Shown in pieces: positions 36,469-47,242 of a stretch of DNA of 64,000 bases. How positions within the stretch are numbered: the first letter of the stretch is position 1; each line of letters begins with the position of its first letter. Made by a program: the position numbers and the translations under genes. The stretch is from Trichodelitschia bisporula (taxonomy: Eukaryota). The stretch is from contig ML996697.1 of the NCBI GenBank assembly GCA_010356995.1, positions 368,153 to 432,152 on the forward strand, written 5' to 3'. The notes under the pieces are model-generated. The model did no database searches and was not told the origin of the DNA. It saw only the letters and a list, made by a program, of their open reading frames with translations.

Positions 36469-37869
36469 ATGGCGCTTTCTGACCTCAATGGCCGTAAGGT
36501 CTTCAAGGTTTTCAATCAGGAGTTTGTGGTTGATGAGCGGTACAATGTGACCAAGGAGCTGGGACAGGGCGCGTACGGCATCGTGTGGTGAGTGTGGGCT
36601 ATCGAGCACAAGGAGCGTCGACGGCACCAATTCCTCGAGGGCGTGCACATGGCTAACCTTCTGCAAGTGCCGCCGTACACACGCAGACGGGCGAAGGCGT
36701 CGCGATCAAGAAAGTCACCAACGTGTTCAGCAAGAAGATCCTCGCAAAGCGCGCGCTGCGCGAGATCAAGCTGCTGCAGCACTTCCGCGGCCACCGCAAC
36801 ATCACCTGCCTGTACGACATGGACATTCCGCGCCCGGACAACTTCAACGAGGCTTATCTGTACGAGGAGCTCATGGAGTGCGATCTGGCCGCGATTATCC
36901 GCTCGGGACAGCCGCTCACGGATGCGCATTTCCAGTCCTTCATTTATCAGATCTTGTGCGGGCTGAAGTATATCCATTCGGCGAATGTGCTGCATCGCGA
37001 TCTCAAGCCCGGGAATCTGCTTGTCAATGCGGATTGTGAGCTTAAGATTTGTGACTTTGGGCTTGCGCGTGGGTTCTCGGTCGATCCGGAGGAGAATGCG
37101 GGGTATATGACTGAGTACGTGGCGACGCGGTGGTACCGCGCGCCGGAGATTATGCTCAGCTTCCAGAGCTACACGAAAGCGAGTACGTCGCCCCCCCCCC
37201 CCCCCCCCCCCCCTTACATACCCATCCTCAACTCACTAACCATCCCTCACAGTCGACATCTGGTCCGTCGGGTGCATCCTCGCCGAGCTCCTGGGCGGCA
37301 AGCCTTTCTTCAAAGGCCGCGACTACGTCGACCAGCTAAACCAAATCCTGCACTACCTAGGCACCCCCAACGAAGACACGCTCGCGCGCATCGGGTCCCC
37401 GCGCGCACAGGAGTACGTCCGCAACCTGCCCTTCATGCCCAAAATCCACTTCGCCTCGCTCTTCCGCGGCGCCAACCCCGACGCCCTTGACTTGCTCGAC
37501 AAAATGCTCGCCTTCGACCCATCGGCGCGTATCAGCGTCGAGTCCGCGCTCGAGCACCGCTATCTCACCATCTGGCACGATGCGAGCGATGAGCCCGTGT
37601 GCCCTACCCCCTTCGACTTCCACTTTGAAGTCGTGGATGAGATCCCCGAGATGAAGCGCATGATTTTGAGTGAGGTGCAGGCGTTTCGCCAGCAGGTGCG
37701 TGTGCAGCCGAGTCAGGCGGGCGGCGGGCAGATGGTGGCGCCTGTGGTGCCGGTGCCGGAGGGGTATGATCGCATGGCGTATGAGGAGCCGCGGCCGCAG
37801 GAGGTTATTGGCGGGGTGGGGAGCTTGGAGGCGGATTTGGCGGTTGGGGCGGATGGGCTGAGGAAGTAA
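36469..37869 (+). CDS. SLT2: Cell-wall-integrity MAP kinase (Slt2/MpkA/Mps1), introns 36588-36667 and 37183-37252
   Basis: [71 protein letters not shown]. Confidence 0.97.
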
Positions 37870-40202
37870 GGATGTGGGGGGGCTTGATCGGAGATTTGGT
37901 TGGATATCACGAGGGATGGGGCGGATGGGTCATGATTTACGTTATGCTTAGCTGTTGAAAAGGTCGTTTTTTAGGAGGTGATGCCGTGAGATGCGTGCCT
38001 GGACTTGGACGTGGAGCGTTGCCCCGGAGCTTCGCCCGTGTTCCGACCCTTTGTTCAGGGCTGGTGACGCTGTCGGTAGTCTGGTACCCTGTGGTATCCC
38101 GTGGCGGGCGTGCCGTGCCGCTGGGCTACCGTACCGTACCGGTCCACCGTCGCGGGTTACACAGTCATTACCGGAGGTAGGCGCAGACAGCCGATGGCCA
38201 CTTACATGAACGACCATCGGGGCATCGTATGGGGTTCAGCCTACAGGTCCCCACCTCTCTCTCTCTCTCTTCTCGGCGTTTACGGTACTTAAGCGCTCGG
38301 GTCAAGTACTATTTACGAAAGCCCCGCTTGTGGCTTTGTGCCCACGACGCTGAATACGAGCGGGAAGTGGGCCAGCCACGTGCGCCACGTGTGACGGGGT
38401 GGATGCGCCGGGGATGGCTCCGGGGGAGTGGGGCGTGGCGTTGTGGTGGAGGAGTGTGGCGCCGTTTGTGGGGTAGCGCGTGGTCGCGGCGTGGGCGGCA
38501 GGATTGAGGATGGGTGTGGGGAGGGGGCGCGGGAGGTTGTTTTGACGTCGTGCTATGATGCTGTCGTGCTGTCATACTGCCGTGATCTCATGCTAAGCTG
38601 TCGTGCTGGATGGGCTTTGTTCGTCGACGTCAGGGAAGGGAAGGGAAGGGGGTGAGATGGGGTTTGTGTGGGGTGGAGTGGAGATGGGATGTGGGAGGAG
38701 GGGATGGGTTGGGGATGGAGTGGATGTTCAAGGGGGACGTGTGGGGAGGGACGTCACTTCCTCCGCCGGAAATGGACGTCGCTGCCCTCGCCGGAAGAGA
38801 CGTCGATTCCCTCCACCAGGAGACCTCACCTCCCTCGCCCGCAATCTCACGCCAATCGCTCTTCGACGACTTCGACGCACTGAAGTAAGGAGCGGAGGTG
38901 TGAGTTGAGTGAGAGGTACTGAAGAAGATGAGGCCGTGGTGAGTTTTTCGAGTGATGATGGGAAGGCGATCTATTATTGAGCAGACTGTCATCAAACTCG
39001 GCTCGCTGTTCAATATCGGCCTTTCGCGACGCCGTCACCGCGACTTCCTTCGTTGTCCCTCGCAGTGCCGAGCCCGTATATTCCCAGGTGATGTTCGACA
39101 CTAGAACTAGTTCTAGCCCCCACAAATCCCCCGCAATCTATCAGAACATGGCTTTTCCGTTGCTGGTAATGGGTACTGATGGTAGCAGATCTCGCATTGA
39201 ACTGCCTCTCTCAGAGACTCAAGTCCCGAGTTCAATGTCGGGTTTCACGCCATCGCAATGACATCCTCCTCTCCTCACGATGGCAGTGCCGTGCCCATAT
39301 TCCACAGTACCTCTCTCCACCAGCCCCCACAGTCGATCAGGACACAGCCTCGACCTCCCCTCCATCCACGTGCACCATCCCGGCAGGATCGGGAGCTCAA
39401 ACGCGTCCCCAACCAAGATCTCGGCATCCGAATTTTGGGCTCAGACGTCGTGTATATATTGCGCCAACCCGCTAACCTCGTCCAAGGCCCCAAATTAGCC
39501 CACACATAAGAGCACCGCCTAAGACCAGACCTCCGGCTCGGTCCGACTTTCCCCCCATCCCGGTAGCAGATCTCGCGTTGCCGAGATTCTCTCACTCTGA
39601 ACTCGGCTTAGCCTTTAATATCGGCCTTCCGAGGTGCCGTGCTTGAATCCTTCCGGCTCTCATAGCCCTCACCAGAGTCCAGAGATCCATGGCGCTGACG
39701 TCTGCCTCCACCCACGCGTTTCATCGCCCCCAGGATTGTGTTCTTAAACGCGTACCGACCTTGTTCCAGGTCATATCACTCCCATCTGCGAAGTACACAA
39801 CCATCATACCTATATTGTGCCAACCCTGCCAAAGTACTGCCAATATGTGTACATTAGCGGCTTCCGCAGTTAGGCTCTAAGACTACGGAGCTAGTGAGCG
39901 TTGAAATAGGACTGTACTAGGCGATGGGGGCGGAACCTCGCGAAGGATTTGCGAAGGATTCGTCTTGATACAGCGAGTGAAGATGTCGGGCTATTGGGCT
40001 AATTTCGGAGGATGTGTTGTGATCATCGGGTGCCGAAGGGGACGGGAACGGGTAACCGGCGGGAGGAGGGTATAAAGAAAGCGACGACGCGCTGAACGGT
40101 CATCATCGCAACAACAGCATCACATCCAGTCTTCACTACTCAGTCTTACATCTCTCACTTCAGCACTTCAATCCAACCACCACCACCCCAACCACAACAA
40201 CA

Positions 40203-40574
40203 ATGTTCATCCTCAAGACCCTCACGACCCTCCTCCTTACCTCCCTCGCGCTCGCCGCGCCAGCCGCCCATCCGAACGCCGAGCAATCCACCAACCTCGC
40301 CGCCGAATCCATCTCCGCAATCCAGGGCGGCCCGGCGTGGTGCACGGAGTCGCCCTCGGGCGGGGGCCGGGCCAACAACCGGCTGACGAAGGACTGCTGC
40401 GCGGCCACCAGGCACAAGGCGTACTTCAACGAGGCGCAGCGCGTGTGTATGGGCTATGGCGGGACGATGGATAATGCGGTCGATCATGGAAAGTTTGGCA
40501 AGTGCTGCGATAGCCGGGGTGGGGGGAGCCATGGTGTGAATCCGACGATGGATATGGTTACGGCTCCGGTCTAG
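40203..40574 (+). CDS. Small secreted cysteine-rich protein (6 Cys), copy 1
   Basis: Signal peptide; WC...TKDCC...C...CC pattern; TATAAA at 40071. Confidence 0.9.
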   Translation: MFILKTLTTLLLTSLALAAPAAHPNAEQSTNLAAESISAIQGGPAWCTESPSGGGRANNRLTKDCCAATRHKAYFNEAQRVCMGYGGTMDNAVDHGKFGKCCDSRGGGSHGVNPTMDMVTAPV

Positions 40575-41711
40575 AACTAGGCGGTGAGACGCGGAGGTGG
40601 AAGGCGTTTGAGGAGATGGGGCTGAGATTGGTGGATGATGGTGGGAGAGGGGGGTGCGGTAGTGACTAGAGGCACAAATGTCGAGTTCTTAGTGCCTTGC
40701 GCATTTCCCAGAAAGCTGTTTGCCGTGACTATCAACAGTGTGGTCAATCGGGTCGCTCGCGGTCGGGCAAGTGAAGCCACCTGAAGTCGTGTAGATACCC
40801 GGCTTACTCATTCCCGGACCGAAACAGTACTCAGCAAGTCTAGACGGTTACCCGACGAAGCCCAGCACTGACTACGGGTATCACACGCCGCTCCCGAACC
40901 CGCATGCTTCTCCCCTGCCCCCTCAGCCTTGCGGCACAGCAGCCCCAATCCATCCCCCGCCCACCACCCCCAGTCCCTTGCCCCAAAATCCATTGCATAC
41001 AGCGTTACAAGCGGTACAGCGTTACAAACGGATCACACTCCCGCTCGCGCTCGCCACCCGTGCCTGATCCTCCGTCTCAGCTCTCGCCGCGATCCTCCTC
41101 CGCATCCGCACATCCCTGCGCCGATCCATATATCCATATTACCCAGACCCCAAATTAGCCTTCAAATACCACCAAGTTTAAGTGTTAATCTATCCACGCC
41201 CCAAATAGCGCCCCATTGGGATTGCTTGGTTCGGCTCATCTACCCAACGCCCCAAATAGCGCCCCATTGGGATGCTCGGCTCATCTATTTGCGACCCACA
41301 TAGCGCGTCGCCCGGACACCCGGCTCGGACCGGCTCCCGCACTTAAAAAAAGGCACGTATACCGGTCTCGATGATCCGGATGCGTTGATAGGTGCGGTGC
41401 GGCGATGGGATTCCTGTTGATCTGAGCGGGATCCTGATGATCCTTTTAGGCTGTGATCCTGACATGGACACATGATCGGATCGGCTTGCGGGATCTTTTT
41501 AGAGCACCTTGGCTACGTTCGCGATGAGGCTGATGGCGGGGGGACCTGGTGAGAGGCCATCCTTTGGGCTAATTGAGATCGCATTTGCGGCGTGGTGGTA
41601 GGAGTTCGAGAGGATCTCTAGAGGATCCATCTGGCGTGGTCGGTGTGGAGGATAGGTATAAAGAGGACCGCGACGACGCGGAAGTCAATCATCATCAACA
41701 ACAGCAGCTCA

Positions 41712-41855
41712 TTCAGTCTTCAGTCCTCCAGTCCACACTTCAGTCTCCAGAACTCCAGTTCACACTTCAGTCTTCAGTCTTCAGTCTTCAGTCCTCCAGT
41801 CTACACTTCAGTCCTCGGAACTCCAGTTCATACTTCAGTCTTCAGAACTCCAGCT
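41712..41855. repeat. Degenerate (TCTTCAG)n repeat in 5' UTR of copy 2
   Basis: Multiple CTTCAGT/CTCCAGT units between TATA box and ATG. Confidence 0.75.
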
Positions 41856-41898
41856 CCACACTCCAACACTTTAAACCTCAACCGCCGCCACCGCAACT

Positions 41899-42285
41899 AT
41901 GCTCGCCCTCCAGACCTTCTTCCTGGCCCTCGCCTCCTTGGCCATCGCCGCCCCAGTCGCCGACATGTCGACCTCTGAAGCCACCTACTCCGACCTGGCC
42001 GTCGAGTACAACTCCGCCCTCCTCGCACCCGCCGGCGGCCCAAACTGGTGCACATTCGATCCCAATGGCAACGGCAAGGCCAACAACCAAGTGACAAAGG
42101 ACTGCTGCGCGGCTGTGAGGCACAGGGCGTACTACAACGAGGCGCAACACACGTGCCAGGGCTACGGCGGGAATGCTGATAATGCGGTTGATACTGGCGC
42201 GTTCGTACGCTGCTGTGGTTCCCGGAACTCGGGAAGCAGAGGTCACGGCACGACGAGCAACCTCGTTTTTGCGCCTCAGGATTGA
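41899..42285 (+). CDS. Small secreted cysteine-rich protein (6 Cys), copy 2
   Basis: Clear paralog of 40203..40574 (GGP.WCT, ANN..TKDCCAA..H.AY.NEAQ..C.GYGG..DNAVD.G.F..CC.SR); TATAAA at 41658. Confidence 0.9.
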   Translation: MLALQTFFLALASLAIAAPVADMSTSEATYSDLAVEYNSALLAPAGGPNWCTFDPNGNGKANNQVTKDCCAAVRHRAYYNEAQHTCQGYGGNADNAVDTGAFVRCCGSRNSGSRGHGTTSNLVFAPQD

Positions 42286-42774
42286 TTGTGCTGAGGTGGA
42301 TTCTAGAGGGGGGCCTTGTTGCTGATGCTGCGGGATGGGGATTGCTTTTCTGACTTACTTGGATCTAGAATAGAAGGTCGTTTCGTTCTCTTGCAGATGT
42401 TCAATGGAAGCTGTGACCCGTGATTATCAAACCCGATCCCGATCCACTTACCCATGTACTCCGCGCCCCTGGCTCCTCTCAGCCTTGCAGCATAAATCAC
42501 TCCATGTGTGCCTGACTCGTCCACTTCAACTGCACTAGAAGCTGGCAGGCATCATGAAACAGCGTCAGAGTTTACTGCAGGATTAGAGATACTCTGAGAA
42601 TTCGCGCTAAACCGCGTTGAATTAGCAGTGCAAGGCTCATGGCGTGCGGTGGATCGCCGATCGGAATTCAACACCAATTCCTGGAAACCCCACGCGAACA
42701 GCATCATAAACGCACAAGTATCGACGATCAACAAGAACAAATTCGCTCAATTCGCTTCATTCTCACAAAGAACC

Positions 42775-43270
42775 CTAAACTCGGAAGTCATCCCACCATT
42801 GCGTCTTATCCATCAACATCCCCGCCTCATCGAACAACACGCCCTCCTCCCGCAGTAGTTGCTGCTTCTTCGCGCAATTCACTCCACTCGGCGCCTTCTG
42901 CCAATCGCCCTGGAAACCACCAATATACTGCTCGTCATCAGCACTGCCCTTCCTCAACGAAGTTCAGCCCGCTTACTCCTGTGCTCGAAATCACCCGGTG
43001 ACACGGCACCCCCGGCGCAAACGGATTCGTCCGGCACGCCCCGCCAACGGCCCGCGGACTCGATTGTAGCGCCCGGGATAGCGCGGCGTAGGACGCGATT
43101 CGCCCTGCGGGGATCTGGAGGAGGAGCGCCCAGACGCGGGCTTGGTAGGCGGAGACCGGTTTGTTGGTTTTGGGGTTTATGGAGGGTAGGGGGAGGGTAG
43201 TGTAGTCTAGCGGATCGGCGGGGACTTCGATTGCTGTGACTTCCATCGCGGGGGTCTTGGTGATGGCCAT
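42775..43270 (-). CDS. O6-alkylguanine-DNA alkyltransferase (MGMT family, DNA-binding/active-site domain), intron 42976-42928
   Basis: IPAGRIASY..L, SPRAVG, NPFAPGVPCHRVI (catalytic Cys retained), K..LL.EEG. Confidence 0.92.
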
Positions 43271-43503
43271 TGTGCTGGATTTTCTGGTGCGGAAGGTTTG
43301 TAGAGGAGGAAGTTGGGATGAGTGGCGGTGTCGGGGGGGTTAAGTACCACGCGTCTGAGTCAAACGCGCAGACACGAGGTCACGTGGGTGCGCGCAATGC
43401 GGGGAAGTTTCGTATTCGGCCGTCTCGTCATTTCTAATCATCTCGAGTACCAGTACATTTTCATCGCTCAACGCAGCAGGGTATCAAAAGCGCACTCCTC
43501 CCG

Positions 43504-44429
43504 TCAACCAGCTAGCTCAGCGTACACCTGCGGCCCTTGCGGGGCTCGCTTCCGACCTTCCCGGCCTCCATCGCTCGCCGGCACCTCTGACGGCAGTTCC
43601 GCGACGTACTTCATGGGTTGTGCTTGTGGTATTGCCACCGGTATGCCGTCCGCACCAAACACGTACTGTGGCCGCGCTGCGGCGTGGAAGCCGTACGCGG
43701 CGGCTGGGTCGGCGTACACCGCGCCCTTGTCCGCGCCATCCCACCCGCCACTCCAGCGGCGCACGCCGGTCGGATCCGGGCTCGCGGGGCGCAAGAAGGG
43801 GCTACCGGGGAGAGAGGAGCCGGCGAGGGAGCCGGAGTAGACGGAGAGGCGGTCGTTGGTGGCCTCGACTTCGAGTAGTGTGGCCTTTTCGAGGAGTCGG
43901 GCTACCAGGGTTGAATGCGCCTTTTTGAGTGTCTTGCGCACGAAGGACGTCATTACGATGTTGCACTTCATGTCGACGTCTTCGCGGAGGTAGAGGCCTG
44001 TCTTTGGGATCCCCAGGCCCATTTCTACGGGCTGGATGGGCTCGCCGGGGAGGGAGCCGCCGAGCCGCCACTTTCCGCGGATGTCGAGGCCGGCGGGCGC
44101 GTAGACGTGTGTTTGTAGCCCGTCGACGAGGTCGTGGAAGCAGCCGTGGTAGCTGACTTTGGACTTGCCGATGACATAAGGCACTGTGTCGGTGATGCTG
44201 TACCACTTGACGTGGTACTCCTCGGGGCCGGCGAAGGAGGGCGGCTTGCAGAGTTCGCGCTTGATGACGAGCGGGTTTAGGTCAATCATCTCGATGTGGT
44301 TGCGGAGCGTGGACATGACTGATTCTGCGGGGTTGTTAGCGTGGTCTTGGGGAGTGGAGCAGTGCGCGTACCCCGCGTGATGCCCGCGGGCAGCGGCGTG
44401 ATGGTTGTGAAGACTGAGCGTTTGGACAT
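43504..44429 (-). CDS. Conserved fungal hypothetical protein (DUF7053-like), intron 44371-44325
   Basis: MSKRSVFTTITPLPAGITR|ESVMSTLRNHIEMIDLNPLV; GLQTHVYAPAG; YLREDVDMKC. Confidence 0.85.
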
Positions 44430-45733
44430 GGTGATGGTGATGGTTCTACGGTAGGGTGACGATGCTGGATGGGCGTAATTGCGTACACCTGCGACCGGGG
44501 CTAGTATTAATATTCGGCGGCGAAAGCATTTCCAACTCGTGCTACGATGTGTAATGCGCTGCGCCGAGCGCGGCGTCAGATTAGCAAGCTCCGCCTCTCG
44601 GGGGGGTATTTTTAGGTGGCTTGTTCCTGGATCGGGCGTAGCGGCGCAGAGGGTAGGGCTGATCTGGGCTGAGGGGCAAAGGCTGAGTAAAAGGTTTGTG
44701 CCCGAACTCCAAAGATTATGGCCGGCTTTTGCCAGAAACTCTACGAAGAAGGAAGCAGAGACTATCCAAATCATGGGCCACCACTTATTTTGCCCAGCCC
44801 TAGGGGGCTGGGCGTTGGTGCTGATCGGCTGGGGATCATCCGGGGTGGACCAACAACGTCAATTCCTTGTGCACCTGTTGGCATTTGGCATTTTAGCAAG
44901 CTCTTCATCTGGTCTTGATGGACGTTGGCTGCAGCACTCCGCTTGTCTTTTTTGCGAGTGCCGTGATGTTGGTTTTCGAGGAGAGGGTGTGGCTGAATGC
45001 GGTAGATGCGGCAAGTGGTACAGTTCAAATGGACACCGATTTCCCTTCGCTGACATTTGACATCGCATTGCGCTTCGTGCTTACTATTTATCCATACATG
45101 ACCTCCGAGAGCAGGATGAGTCGACGGGTATGTAATAGGACGTATCGTCGAGCGACGCCTGAGTGCCGCTCGGAGACGTGCTGATTCCACAGCGCATATC
45201 AGTGCGGAGAGCTTACTCCCTCTGGTTGTTATCATGCACCGCCTTTGCAGTATCCTCGCTGGGTCTGTGACTACAGAAAATGGAGCACTGAATCTCGCAA
45301 TGGGGACCGCTCGGTACTTCCCTCGAGTTCGCTGTCGATGCGCGCCTGCATCGCGTCGTCGTTGATGGCTTGCCGTAACGTACCTCTGAACTGCCAAATG
45401 GACAACTCCTCCAGTACTGGGCGTCACAGGTACCAAGCGACTATGTCGATTTGTCTATCACTCAAACCAGAACTGTCTTACTCATAGTGAGCGACAGCCA
45501 CTCGATCCTACCATCTCCTGTATAGTGAGCTACAGGATACACTCTTTTACCAGACATCTTCACAAAGAAGTCAAGAACAATTATTTTGTTAACGCCGAGC
45601 TTCACTATTGTTCCCTCACACGCTCACTCTTTGTTATGGTCATTCACGAACCGGAACGCACCTTGGGTTTAAAATCTCTCACTCTGCAGTCTCAAGTCAT
45701 TCTCCACTCAACAACATTCTCGACTCAGCAACA

Positions 45734-47242
45734 ATGGTCTTCCCAAGCTTGTGGAGGCCTTTGAACATGAACGAGTTCGAGATGCTTGACCTCAACGACC
45801 CAGGATCTCGCCCCTACACCGGTGAGTTTCTCATCCCCACCGCCACCAATACGGACTCCGCCCAGGCCGACGTCCCCTCCGCCTCCGATCCGGAATGGAC
45901 GTCGAGCGATCAGTGCGAAGAGCCTGAGCACAGGAGCAGCTACATCGCTTGCAACGCTCGGAACTGCACGAGTCTCCTGCACCCCCGGCGCGTCGTCTGC
46001 GAGGCCTGCGTCACCAACACGCAGACCCAGCTCAAGGGCCAAGAGGGTGAGATCTACGACCAGGGCGCCTGGCGTGGCATCTGCGACGCGTGCACGCAAG
46101 ACCAGCTCGCTCGCAGCCCAGACAACGTCTGTGGTAATGCCACGGCTTGCGAGTGCCCGGTCATCAAGAATGCGCTTGGCCAAAAGGAAAACTGGCTCTG
46201 CAGCGACTGCCAGTACATAGCGCTGCGAGTCATGGCCGACCGCATCCGGAAGCACCGCAACCTAGAGCGCGAGGTTGCGAGGGACAGGGCCATATGTGCC
46301 TGCTGCCACCGCGACTGGAGCCCCGGAGCCTCCAAGGCTTTGGCAACGATGTGCCTCGGGTGCAAGGTGGTGGTCCTGCCTGGGACAGAGGCCCGGCGCA
46401 AGAGCCTGACGTCCCACGCGCGGGTCCGGTTTCCTCCTCCCCGTGAGTCGCGCATCAACCCCTTCAACTGCTTGCCAGTTCCGAGTTGGCCGATTTGGCT
46501 AGTTTTGATCTCCCTGGTCATGTACCTCTTGGGAATAGGGGCGGGGAGTGATGAGCGGACGCCGGTATTCCATCCGATGGATCCCATTAACCTGGTTCCG
46601 ACAAGCACGCCTGCGAGCGACTCAGTAATCATCAGCATTCGGACCTCGACCTTTGGTCGGTCGGAGTCGCAGAGGGCGCCGGGCCGCGAGCCGGGATTCG
46701 GTGATCGCCCAACTACGCCGGCGGAGACGGGCGCAATGCCTAAGCCGCCCCCCAGGCCAACCTCCACATCGCTGTTTGGCTACATCCGGACCATCACTCT
46801 GTTCCGGCCCGAGGCGCTGACTGTCAGCTGCCAAGGGTCGGTGGAGTACGCGGTCAATCTTCCGGAGGAAATGCCGGCTCCTGGCGATGCCTGGAATCCC
46901 ACGGTAGTACTGGCTCAAGGGAACGCTGAGGCTGAGGCTGACGGGAAACTCCAGCAAGCTGTGCGCTCCATGGAACTGCAGGTCCAAAAGGACCAGGAGC
47001 GTTCCAAGGAGCAGGAGCTTCAGAAGAAGTTCCATGAGGCCATGGAGCGCGCCAAGCACATCGCGTCGGACAGTGCGGAGCGTATGGAGCGTGTGGAGCA
47101 GCTCGGGCGGGAGGTTAAGGGGGATCTGGAGCGCATTGAGTTGAAGGCTCAGAATGGACGTGGGGGTCTCACGACCCCGCACTACACGAGCTCGAAGCAG
47201 ATCGGCGCAAAATGGACTAGAGTGTTGAGCAGAGGGATCTAG
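45734..47242 (+). CDS. Orphan protein: multi-CxxC N-terminal region, single TM helix, C-terminal coiled coil
   Basis: Intronless 502-aa ORF; CEAC, CDAC, CEC, CSDC, CACC, CLGC; IWLVLISLVMYLLGIG; E/K/Q-rich tail. Confidence 0.7.
   Translation: MVFPSLWRPLNMNEFEMLDLNDPGSRPYTGEFLIPTATNTDSAQADVPSASDPEWTSSDQCEEPEHRSSYIACNARNCTSLLHPRRVVCEACVTNTQTQLKGQEGEIYDQGAWRGICDACTQDQLARSPDNVCGNATACECPVIKNALGQKENWLCSDCQYIALRVMADRIRKHRNLEREVARDRAICACCHRDWSPGASKALATMCLGCKVVVLPGTEARRKSLTSHARVRFPPPRESRINPFNCLPVPSWPIWLVLISLVMYLLGIGAGSDERTPVFHPMDPINLVPTSTPASDSVIISIRTSTFGRSESQRAPGREPGFGDRPTTPAETGAMPKPPPRPTSTSLFGYIRTITLFRPEALTVSCQGSVEYAVNLPEEMPAPGDAWNPTVVLAQGNAEAEADGKLQQAVRSMELQVQKDQERSKEQELQKKFHEAMERAKHIASDSAERMERVEQLGREVKGDLERIELKAQNGRGGLTTPHYTSSKQIGAKWTRVLSRGI

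Noticed and set aside
37176..37252. Non-canonical GC-AG intron or poly-Pro insertion in the MAPK
   Set aside because: Canonical GTACGT donor at 37183 restores KAIDIWS; the poly-C run is intronic
40203..42285. Hydrophobins
   Set aside because: Only 6 Cys and spacing differs from the 8-Cys C-CC-C-C-CC-C pattern
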